From the IMG/VR virus record IMGVR_UViG_3300025101_000034, positions 1 through 52,820 of that record: a stretch of DNA of 52,820 nucleotides, one strand, 5' to 3'. How positions within the stretch are numbered: position 1 is the stretch's first letter; every line of letters starts with the position of its first letter. Below, piece by piece: positions 1-7,962 of the stretch. Source of the DNA: a virus. Lineage: Duplodnaviria > Caudoviricetes. The position numbers and the translations under genes were made by a program. The notes under the pieces are model-generated. The model worked only from the letters and a program-made list of their open reading frames with translations, made no database searches and had not been told where the DNA came from.

Positions 1-376
1 TGAAGCCTGGGGAGTTTTTAAAGTTCTTCTGGTGCTTCTGGTTTTATTGTCTCGGTTCTTTATAAGTTGTTATTACTTGTTAACTTGTCAGAGCTTGCCA
101 GGTTCTTTAGTTTCTCCTGGTGGTTCTTTGAAATCTACAAAGTCTGACAAGTATAAGAGGTGGGGGGCAGGTGGCCACCCCTGGTGGGGTATATATATGC
201 TAGTGGTCGAATATTTTATGGAACTTTTCGGTGTTAAGTAGGACTAAAAATCGCCCCCCAACCGAGCATGAGGTGTTGTTGGTCGAGGGAGACTTCATAG
301 ACTATATAGAACCCCCACGGACACATCCTCATTATACAGTTGAGATAGGTGTTTGTCAACAGATTTTTGAAAAAAC

Positions 377-404
377 TTGACAAGTTTGATAGTAGCTTTA
401 TAAT
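377..404 (+). promoter_or_regulatory. Sigma70-type promoter for the packaging/structural arm
   Basis: TTGACA (377-382), 16-bp spacer, TATAAT (399-404); ATG at 412 follows 7 nt later. Confidence 0.8.
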
Positions 405-411
405 AATAGAC

Positions 412-828
412 ATGAGTGCTTTAACAACCAGAAAGCTTACAGAGAAGCAAGAAAGTTTCTTGCAACATTTAGTAGACACTAAGGGTAACTTAAAGCTCTC
501 AGCCGAACTCGCAGGTTACTCAGGCAATCACTATCAAGTAATAAATAGTCTTAAAGAGGAAATAATTGATTTGGCCTCGAATGTACTTGCAAGGGAAGCA
601 CCTTCAGCAGCTTTTAAGCTTGTAGAGCTTATGCATAGTAACGAGGCCGTGCCTCAAGCTAACATAAAACTACAGGCAGCACAGACTTTGTTAGATAGAG
701 TAGGTGTTATAAAAAAAGAAAAACTTGACATTAATCACAATGTCACAGGAGGGATTTTTATTCTTCCACAAAAGGAAACCATAGACCTATCAGCCGATGA
801 TGGCGAGTATCAAGAAGTCGATGGATGA
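412..828 (+). CDS. terS: Terminase small subunit (probable start 412 rather than 349)
   Basis: 'LTEKQESFL...SAELAGYS' HTH-type TerS N-terminus; 'AAQTLLDRVG' motif; lies upstream of TerL. Confidence 0.75.
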   Translation: MSALTTRKLTEKQESFLQHLVDTKGNLKLSAELAGYSGNHYQVINSLKEEIIDLASNVLAREAPSAAFKLVELMHSNEAVPQANIKLQAAQTLLDRVGVIKKEKLDINHNVTGGIFILPQKETIDLSADDGEYQEVDG

Positions 829-997
829 CAGAGTTTATGCAACTGAGTTCTTAGAAGATGACCCTAGAGTTGTTTTAGGGCCATTTATAAAAGCCAGTAC
901 ATATAAAGAAGCACAGAACTTAGCAGAACACTACGGTCTTATTATCGTAGGAGAAGTTACAGACTTTGTGCCTAAACAAGAGGTAACATTACACTAA
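821..997 (+). CDS. Hypothetical protein (probable start 821)
   Basis: MDDRVYATEF... overlaps the terS stop and couples to the next ATG (TAATG). Confidence 0.6.
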   Translation: MDDRVYATEFLEDDPRVVLGPFIKASTYKEAQNLAEHYGLIIVGEVTDFVPKQEVTLH

Positions 998-1185
998 TGC
1001 CAGCAAAGAAAAAAGCTAAATCAAAAGTAAACGCAGCAGGAAACTACACTAAACCAACCATGAGGAAACGGCTTTTCAACCGTATCAAGGCTGGTAGTAA
1101 GGGTGGTAATCCAGGACAATGGTCAGCTCGTAAGGCTCAGATGTTAGCCAAAGCCTACAAGAAAGCAGGTGGAGGTTATAAATAA
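997..1185 (+). CDS. Small basic phage protein (NYTKP...GQWSARKAQ type)
   Basis: Lys/Arg-rich 62 aa, translationally coupled. Confidence 0.75.
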   Translation: MPAKKKAKSKVNAAGNYTKPTMRKRLFNRIKAGSKGGNPGQWSARKAQMLAKAYKKAGGGYK

Positions 1186-1418
1186 TGAAGAAGTCTCAAC
1201 TATCTCTAAAGAAGTGGGGACAACAAAAATGGCGAACTTCCGATGGCAAACCAAGTAAAGGTAAGAAAAGATATTTACCTGATGCAGCTTGGAAGGCTCT
1301 AAGTGCTGAAGAAAAACGAGCAACTAATAGAGCTAAAGCAGCAGGTAATAAAAAAGGTAAGCAATTTGTTAAACAACCTAAGAAAATTGCTAAGAAAACT
1401 AGAGCATACAGGAAATAA
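1185..1418 (+). CDS. Small basic phage protein (SLKKW..QKW..RYLP type)
   Basis: Lys-rich 77 aa, TAATG coupling on both sides. Confidence 0.75.
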   Translation: MKKSQLSLKKWGQQKWRTSDGKPSKGKKRYLPDAAWKALSAEEKRATNRAKAAGNKKGKQFVKQPKKIAKKTRAYRK

Positions 1419-1684
1419 TGGCTAAGAAAAAAGACCCTAGGCTAGCTAGAGCAGGTGTATCAGGCTATAATAAGCCGAAAAGAACACCAAGTCACAAAAC
1501 AAAATCACATGTGGTTGTTGCAAAGCAAGGCGATAAAGTAAAAACTATTCGTTTTGGACAGCAAGGTAAGACTGGTGATAGAACTATGACAAAAAGAGCT
1601 AAGTCATTTAAGGCTAGACATGCTAAAAACATTAAGAAAGGTAAAATGTCAGCAGCATATTGGGCTAACAGGGTAAAATGGTAA
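1418..1684 (+). CDS. Small basic phage protein (IRFGQ...SFKARH...SAAYWA type)
   Basis: Lys-rich 88 aa, coupled to the upstream gene. Confidence 0.75.
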   Translation: MAKKKDPRLARAGVSGYNKPKRTPSHKTKSHVVVAKQGDKVKTIRFGQQGKTGDRTMTKRAKSFKARHAKNIKKGKMSAAYWANRVKW

Positions 1685-1685
1685 G

Positions 1686-1865
1686 ATGCCACAGATTGGT
1701 AGCGATGACAAACACAACTCCGTCCCTTTAAGACGTAGTATTTATAGAAATGCAGCAGGTAAAGGTGCAAAACCTAGACCTAGAGAAGTTTCTAAACAAC
1801 AATACGAAGACAACTGGGACAGAATATTTGGAAAAACTAAGAATCAAACCAAGGAGCAGTCCTGA
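1686..1865 (+). CDS. Small hypothetical protein, 59 aa (not in ORF track)
   Basis: Own translation: MPQIGSDDKH...GKGAKPRP...YEDNWDRIFGK...*; starts 1 nt after the previous stop. Confidence 0.65.
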   Translation: MPQIGSDDKHNSVPLRRSIYRNAAGKGAKPRPREVSKQQYEDNWDRIFGKTKNQTKEQS

Positions 1866-1944
1866 GTTATGCTTAAGACCTTTTTAGAATATAAAAATCG
1901 TTATTTCATCTAGGTAATGTCTTCTAAAAGGGCAGCTTTTAATT

Positions 1945-3840
1945 ATGTCTAGTATTCCTACTAACTATATCAAGAAAAAATCAGCAACCATTCCATTTGG
2001 TTACGAAGTTAGTGAGGTTAAAGGTTATCTCAAACCTATTCCAGAGCAACTAGAAGCTCTCAACAAATATCTCAAAAGTATTTACAACAAAGCCTACTCA
2101 TTACGTGAGGCAGCTACATTATTGTCTGAAGAAACAGGTAGAAAGATTAGTCATGTAGCATTAAAGAAACATTTAGAAAAAGATTTGTGGGAAATATTCC
2201 CAGAAGACTACGAAACTAACGAAGACGGCTCGTTTGTCCTAACCAGTTCAGGTAATCCAAAGAAAAAAACAGGAAGACCCAAGGGAGTTACGTCTCAATA
2301 CAACTATTCAGCAGAACAGAAAAGAAAAATAAAACTACGACAGCAGAAAGCTAAGATACAAAAGGAGAAAAAGAAACTTGCCAAACAGGAGAAGAGACTT
2401 AAGACGGAAGAAGAAGTTATTACAAAGGTTACAGAGAACACGGATTCTAAACTGGTCACGGAAGACCAACTTGACGAAACAACAGACAGAATTAGAGACA
2501 CAATAAAAGATAGTAAGGTTATATTCCATGCTAACGAAGGGCCTCAAACAGATTTCTTAGCAGCAGGCGAGAAAGATGTGCTATATGGAGGAGCTGCTGG
2601 TGGTGGTAAGTCCTATGCTATGCTTGTTGACCCTTTGCGATATGCACATAAGAAAGACCATAGAGCCTTAATACTTAGAAGGTCTATGCCAGAACTAAGA
2701 GAACTAATAGATAAGTCCAGGGAACTATATCCACAAGCTTTCCCTGGTGCAAAGTTTAGAGAAGTAGAGAAGTTGTGGAACTTCCCTAGTGGTGCTAAGA
2801 TAGAATTTGGTTTCCTTGAACGAGATGCTGATGTTTACCGATATCAAGGTCAAGCTTATTCTTGGATTGGCTTTGATGAAATCACACATCTCCCAACAGA
2901 GTTTAGTTGGAACTACCTTGCATCTCGTTTGAGAACCACAGACCCTGAAATAGAAACATACTTAAGATGTACTGCTAACCCTGGTGGTGTTGGTTCACAA
3001 TGGGTAAAGAAAAGATATATAGAACCTTATGAGCCTAATAAAAGTTTTGAAGGTAAAGATGGATTAACAAGAAAGTTTATTCCTGCTAAGTTAGCTGATA
3101 ACCCTTACTTAGCTAAAGATGGTGTTTACGAAAAGATGTTAGAATCTTTACCACCTATACAAAGAAGACAATTACTAGAAGGTAACTGGGATGTAGCAGA
3201 AGGTGCAGCCTTTGTTGAGTTTTTACCTGAAGTACATATAGTAGCTCCATTTGAGATACCATTACCCTGGGAAAGACTAAAAGGGATTGACTATGGTTAT
3301 GCATCTGAATCCTGCTGTCTGTGGGGGACTGTGGACGTAAATGATGGAACTCTCATAATATACCGTGAATTATATAGAAAAGGCTTGACAGGTGTCGAAT
3401 TAGCCTCTATAATAACAGATATGGAAATGGAAGACCCATTTTCTGTATCAGGTGTATTAGATACTGCTGCATGGGCTAAGACTGGTACAACAGGCCCTAC
3501 TGTAGGCGAATCTTTAGTTCGAGCTGGTCATAAGCTTAGACGAGCAGACAAGAACAGAGTACAGGGGAAAATACAAATACACGAATATCTTAAGGTTAGA
3601 GAGAGTGGGAGACCTAAGTTACAGATATTTAACACATGTCCTAACTTAATTAGAGAGTTACAATCTATACCTCTATCAAAAACGAATCCAGAAGATGTTG
3701 ATACACATGCATCCGACCATGCATACGATGCACTAAGGTATATGATAATGAGCAGACCAAGAATGCAAAGCTCATTAGACAGAATAAAAGGGATTAAAAG
3801 GGACTTATACCAACCTTTTGATTCTACTTTTGGTTATTAA
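1945..3840 (+). CDS. terL: Terminase large subunit with N-terminal extension
   Basis: Walker A LYGGAAGGGKS, Walker B IGFDE, motif III CTANPG, RNase H-like nuclease GIDYG...DHAYDALRY. Confidence 0.95.
   Translation: MSSIPTNYIKKKSATIPFGYEVSEVKGYLKPIPEQLEALNKYLKSIYNKAYSLREAATLLSEETGRKISHVALKKHLEKDLWEIFPEDYETNEDGSFVLTSSGNPKKKTGRPKGVTSQYNYSAEQKRKIKLRQQKAKIQKEKKKLAKQEKRLKTEEEVITKVTENTDSKLVTEDQLDETTDRIRDTIKDSKVIFHANEGPQTDFLAAGEKDVLYGGAAGGGKSYAMLVDPLRYAHKKDHRALILRRSMPELRELIDKSRELYPQAFPGAKFREVEKLWNFPSGAKIEFGFLERDADVYRYQGQAYSWIGFDEITHLPTEFSWNYLASRLRTTDPEIETYLRCTANPGGVGSQWVKKRYIEPYEPNKSFEGKDGLTRKFIPAKLADNPYLAKDGVYEKMLESLPPIQRRQLLEGNWDVAEGAAFVEFLPEVHIVAPFEIPLPWERLKGIDYGYASESCCLWGTVDVNDGTLIIYRELYRKGLTGVELASIITDMEMEDPFSVSGVLDTAAWAKTGTTGPTVGESLVRAGHKLRRADKNRVQGKIQIHEYLKVRESGRPKLQIFNTCPNLIRELQSIPLSKTNPEDVDTHASDHAYDALRYMIMSRPRMQSSLDRIKGIKRDLYQPFDSTFGY
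3385..3413 (+). promoter_or_regulatory. Internal consensus sigma70 promoter inside terL
   Basis: TTGACA (3385-3390), 17 bp, TATAAT (3408-3413). Confidence 0.65.
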
Positions 3841-6006
3841 ATGGCAGACACAGACAATACAATCCTCAATGCAGATAACATCTACATGGACGTAGAAGGT
3901 GAGTCTGGTCAGCAATTAGAATTAGAAGATGACCAAAAATTAAATCTCGTAGGTATAATCAATTCTAGATTTGACTCTGCTGAAGATGCTAGGAACTCTG
4001 ACGAAACACGTTGGATTACAGCATTTGAAAATTACAGAGGTCTATACAAAAAGAACAAACGATTTAGAGAATCTGAAAAATCACGTGTCTTCGTTAAAAT
4101 TACAAAAACTAAAGTCCTTGCTGCCTTTGGACAGTTAGTTGATGTTATTTTTGGGACAGGTAAGTTTCCTATTGGTATTAGTGAAACAAAGATTCCAGAA
4201 GGAGAGTTAGGTCAAGCTCATCTTGATATTAACAATCCTCAACCTGGTATAGAAACCAGCGAACCTGTAATACCTGATGACATAGGCAATAGAGAAGGAG
4301 CTAATGTAAATCCTTTTGATGTTGGTTATGAGGGTGATGGCAGGACATTAGGCCCAGGCTCTACCTTCTTGAAAGGTGAAGTGTCTCAGCCTATTGAAGA
4401 CCAAGTTCCTTTGAAAGAAGGAGCTATACCTATACCTAATATACCAGAGGTTAATCCAGCACAAGAAGCTGCTAGGAGAATGGAACGTTTAGTCCATGAC
4501 CAAATTGAAGAGTCTAATGGTTCTTCAGAGATTAGAAATGCTTTATTAGAATCAGCATTACTAGGTACAGGTATAGTTAAAGGCCCATTTAATTTTAATA
4601 AAAGATTAAATAAATGGACTACTACTCCTCAAGGAAGAGAGTATAGTCCAGTAGATGTGAGAGTACCTCGCATAGAGTTTGTAAGTTGTTGGGACTTTTA
4701 TCCTGACCCTTCAGCTACAGACATGGATGAATGTGAATACGTTATCCATAGACACAGAATGAATCGTAGTCAACTTAGAGCATTAAGAAACATGCCTTAC
4801 TTTGATGAAGATGCTATAAGAGAGTGTCTAAAAATGGGGCCGAATTATGTAGATAGAGGATATGAAGCTCACTTAAGAGATGATAACAATGCTTATGATT
4901 CTCAAACTACATTTGAGGTATTAGAGTATTGGGGTATTATGGATGCTGAGTATGCTAAAGAAGCAGGCATCGAATTACCAGATGACATAGACGAACTAGA
5001 TGAAGTTCAAATAAATGCATGGGTATGTGGAGATAGATTACTAAGAGCAGTAGTCAATCCATTTACACCATTTAGATTACCATACAATGCATTTCCGTAT
5101 GAACGTAACCCATATAACTTTTTTGGTATAGGTGTTGCAGAGAATATGGATGACTCACAGCAAATTATGAACGGCCATGCAAGAATGGCTATTGATAATT
5201 TAGCTTTAGCAGGTTCATTAGTTTTTGATGTTGATGAGTCTGCTCTTGTTGGAGGGCAAAGCATGGAAGTATATCCAGGTAAAGTATTCAGAAGACAAGC
5301 TGGAATGCCTGGACAATCAATATACGGATTAAAGTTTCCGAATACTGCACCTGAGAACATGATGATGTTTGATAGGTTTAGACAGTTAGCTGACGAACAA
5401 ACAGGAATACCTAGTTATTCACACGGTCAAACAGGTGTTCAGAGTATGACAAGGACTGCTTCTGGTATGTCCATGTTGCTAGGAGCATCAAGTTTAAATA
5501 TTAAAACTGTTATCAAGAACCTTGATGACTTTTTATTAAAACCTTTAGGAGAAGCTTACTATCAATGGAATATGCAATTCCATGAAGGTGACTTAGATAT
5601 AGAGGGAGATTTAGAAGTTAAGGCAACTGGTACTAATAGTTTGATGCAGAAAGAAGTTAGAAGTCAAAGACTTACTATGTTCTTACAAACTGCACAAAAT
5701 CCAACTATTGCACCATTTGTTAAAGTTTCTAAATTGGTTAGTGAACTTGCCTACAGCTTGGATTTAGACCCAGATGAAATTCTGAACGACCCTGAAGAAG
5801 CTGCATTAATGGCACAAATTATAGGAATGCAAAATGCTGGACAAAACGTTAGCGAAGAAACTGAATCCCCTGGTCAACCATCCCCAATGGGAGGGGTTCA
5901 GGGAATACCTGGAACACCAGCAGGGCTTGATAGTCAAGGAACTGGTGGTGGCACAATCGGAACAGGTAATGTACCGACTCCAGGGGAAGATGAATTTGCT
6001 GGATAA
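3841..6006 (+). CDS. Portal protein
   Basis: Directly after TerL; 721 aa; 'LLGTGIVKGP', 'WDFYPDP', 'FFGIGVAE', 'RTASGMSML' are typical of podovirus portals. Confidence 0.9.
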   Translation: MADTDNTILNADNIYMDVEGESGQQLELEDDQKLNLVGIINSRFDSAEDARNSDETRWITAFENYRGLYKKNKRFRESEKSRVFVKITKTKVLAAFGQLVDVIFGTGKFPIGISETKIPEGELGQAHLDINNPQPGIETSEPVIPDDIGNREGANVNPFDVGYEGDGRTLGPGSTFLKGEVSQPIEDQVPLKEGAIPIPNIPEVNPAQEAARRMERLVHDQIEESNGSSEIRNALLESALLGTGIVKGPFNFNKRLNKWTTTPQGREYSPVDVRVPRIEFVSCWDFYPDPSATDMDECEYVIHRHRMNRSQLRALRNMPYFDEDAIRECLKMGPNYVDRGYEAHLRDDNNAYDSQTTFEVLEYWGIMDAEYAKEAGIELPDDIDELDEVQINAWVCGDRLLRAVVNPFTPFRLPYNAFPYERNPYNFFGIGVAENMDDSQQIMNGHARMAIDNLALAGSLVFDVDESALVGGQSMEVYPGKVFRRQAGMPGQSIYGLKFPNTAPENMMMFDRFRQLADEQTGIPSYSHGQTGVQSMTRTASGMSMLLGASSLNIKTVIKNLDDFLLKPLGEAYYQWNMQFHEGDLDIEGDLEVKATGTNSLMQKEVRSQRLTMFLQTAQNPTIAPFVKVSKLVSELAYSLDLDPDEILNDPEEAALMAQIIGMQNAGQNVSEETESPGQPSPMGGVQGIPGTPAGLDSQGTGGGTIGTGNVPTPGEDEFAG

Positions 6007-6061
6007 CTTAGAAAAGTTACCAGAGAAAATTAAAGAAGCATTAACTAGAGGAGAACAATAA
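5834..6061 (+). CDS. Small helical protein overlapping the portal C-terminus
   Basis: Amphipathic 75 aa with 'YRLQGK'; AGGA upstream; its stop overlaps the next ATG (6061). Confidence 0.7.
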   Translation: MLDKTLAKKLNPLVNHPQWEGFREYLEHQQGLIVKELVVAQSEQVMYRLQGKMNLLDNLEKLPEKIKEALTRGEQ

Positions 6062-6237
6062 TGTTAGATTTATTAGATACAATTTTAAAAATAGTTGGAG
6101 TAGTTCCATGGATAGTTTCAATCTGTTCAATGATTGCAGCTTTAACACCTACTCCACATGATGACAATTTAGTAAGCAAAGCTTACAAAGTTATTGATTG
6201 GTTTGCCCTAAACATAGGAAGAGCCAAGGAGAAATAA
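6061..6237 (+). CDS. Small membrane protein, possible holin, 58 aa (not in ORF track)
   Basis: MLDLLDTILKIVGVVPWIVSICSMIAALTPTPHDD...; strong RBS AGGAG; hydrophobic N-terminal half. Confidence 0.75.
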   Translation: MLDLLDTILKIVGVVPWIVSICSMIAALTPTPHDDNLVSKAYKVIDWFALNIGRAKEK

Positions 6238-6238
6238 G

Positions 6239-6913
6239 ATGGCAGAAAGTATTTTATCACCAGACGAAATAGAAGCTCTACCTAATGAAGGTTTAAAAAA
6301 GCTTGCAAAGGAAGCTCCTGAAGTAGTTAAGAGAATGGATTTAAACGAAGGTGGTGTAGCTATTATGATTGCACCAAAAGAGATGGATAAGGAAATGCCA
6401 GAGGCAGAACCAATGACATCTGATGAAGAGATGGAGAACGAATATTTAGATTTCGTTGTAGAAGAATCTTTATCTGAAAGTGAAGAAAAATACTTACTAG
6501 AAAAATTAGAACAAGATGACAGACTAAGCATGATTTTTGATAAAGTCATGGAAGTCGCAACAGAATTTGCTGGGTCTGGTGCTGTAGAAGGCCCTGGCTC
6601 AGGAGTCTCTGATTCGATACCTGCAAGGTTATCGGATGGAGAATTTGTCTTTACTGCGAAAGCTGTGCAAGAAATCGGAAGTGACAACCTTCAGAGAATG
6701 ATGGAAGAAGCTGAGATGAATGCAGATGCTCCAATGGAAAGACAAGCCAGACGTACTGGTGGGAGAATAGGGTATATGATGGACGATGTTCGTAAGGACA
6801 CTTTTGGTTCAACTGACCCTGAAAATATTTACGACCTCAACAGAGCAGAAGTTGAAGATACTGAAAAGAGAATCGCTGATGAGATGATTGCAGGTGGTAT
6901 ACCTATCAGATAA
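6239..6913 (+). CDS. Acidic head-associated hypothetical protein
   Basis: Contains 'GPGSGVSDSIPARLSDGEFVFTAKAV', a motif seen in phage virion proteins; RBS AAGGAG. Confidence 0.75.
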   Translation: MAESILSPDEIEALPNEGLKKLAKEAPEVVKRMDLNEGGVAIMIAPKEMDKEMPEAEPMTSDEEMENEYLDFVVEESLSESEEKYLLEKLEQDDRLSMIFDKVMEVATEFAGSGAVEGPGSGVSDSIPARLSDGEFVFTAKAVQEIGSDNLQRMMEEAEMNADAPMERQARRTGGRIGYMMDDVRKDTFGSTDPENIYDLNRAEVEDTEKRIADEMIAGGIPIR

Positions 6914-6920
6914 ATTAACC

Positions 6921-7030
6921 GTAAAGCTACCTACATTACGTCTGTAGCCCTTTACACAAATCACCAGAAAGGCTACCTTTACAACAAGCCCTCTAGTCGA
7001 CATAGAGCTACCTTGTAAACAAAGCCCTGA
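6921..7030 (+). promoter_or_regulatory. Structured RNA leader upstream of the scaffold gene
   Basis: Two hairpins carrying three copies of a G-CUAC-C / G-CC-C internal loop, ending just before SD AAGGAG (7033-7038). Confidence 0.6.
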
Positions 7031-7044
7031 GTAAGGAGAGAAAG

Positions 7045-7935
7045 ATGGCAACTGAACAAGTCGCACAAAAAGAGGAACAAGCCAATCCTTATAACCAAAA
7101 AAAATCTTGGCATAAACCTGATACAACTAAGTTTGTTTCAGCAGATGATAGTTTATTCTTTGAAGAACCTCAGAATAAATTATTCGACAGTAATGACATA
7201 ACTCAAGCTGAGAATGTTAATACTGAGGAGTTAGAATCTAAGAAACAGGAGTTATCAACAGATACTCCTTATCAGAAGCCTGACTATAAAAAACGTTATG
7301 ATGACTTAAAAAGACATTATGACTCTAAACTCGAAGAGTTCAAAGCTAAAGAACAAGAGTTGAGAAAAGAAGCGAAAGCTCAGTATCAACCTCCAAAGTC
7401 TTTAGAAGAACTTGAAAAGTTTAAACAGGAACATCCTGACTTTTATGCAGTTGCAGAAACTGTAGCTCATTTACAAAGCAATGAGAGAGTTCAAGATTTA
7501 GAACAAACTATTGCAGATATGAGAAATAGTGAAGTCAAGATGAAGAAAGGCGAAGCTGAAAGAAGATTGAGAGAAAGACATCCTGATTTTGATGATATCA
7601 GAAATAGTGATGACTTCCATGGTTGGGCTAAGACACAACCTCAGTCTATTCAAGATTGGATTTATAACAATGCTGAAGATGCAGACTTAGCATCAAGAGC
7701 TTTAGATTTATTTAAAAAGGATTTAGGTATAGAACTTCCAAGTGTGAAGCCTATTTCTCAAAAGCCTGTTCAATCTGCTGCTGATATGGTGTCAACTAAA
7801 ACAACAACTGTTGACCCTAAGCAAGAGAGAGTATGGACAGAAAAGGAGATAAATGCCATGAGCATGGATGAATTTGATAAATACGAACAAGAAATATCAG
7901 AGGCCATGCAACAAGGTAGAATTATCAGAGATTAA
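7045..7935 (+). CDS. Capsid scaffolding protein
   Basis: Acidic coiled-coil protein immediately before the MCP; 'YKKRYDDLKRH', 'HPDF', C-terminal 'MSMDEFDKYEQEI..AMQQGRI'. Confidence 0.8.
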   Translation: MATEQVAQKEEQANPYNQKKSWHKPDTTKFVSADDSLFFEEPQNKLFDSNDITQAENVNTEELESKKQELSTDTPYQKPDYKKRYDDLKRHYDSKLEEFKAKEQELRKEAKAQYQPPKSLEELEKFKQEHPDFYAVAETVAHLQSNERVQDLEQTIADMRNSEVKMKKGEAERRLRERHPDFDDIRNSDDFHGWAKTQPQSIQDWIYNNAEDADLASRALDLFKKDLGIELPSVKPISQKPVQSAADMVSTKTTTVDPKQERVWTEKEINAMSMDEFDKYEQEISEAMQQGRIIRD

Positions 7936-7962
7936 CTATATTAACTTAAAGGAGAAAGTATC

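Noticed and set aside
32-479. ORFs 32-241 (+) and 234-479 (-), and the GTG 349 extension of terS
   Set aside because: No RBS, low-complexity terminal sequence, and they overlap the consensus promoter
1945-2200. 'PFGY' motif as evidence of an integrase
   Set aside because: No catalytic serine-recombinase domain, and it is fused to TerL; there is no sign of a temperate lifestyle
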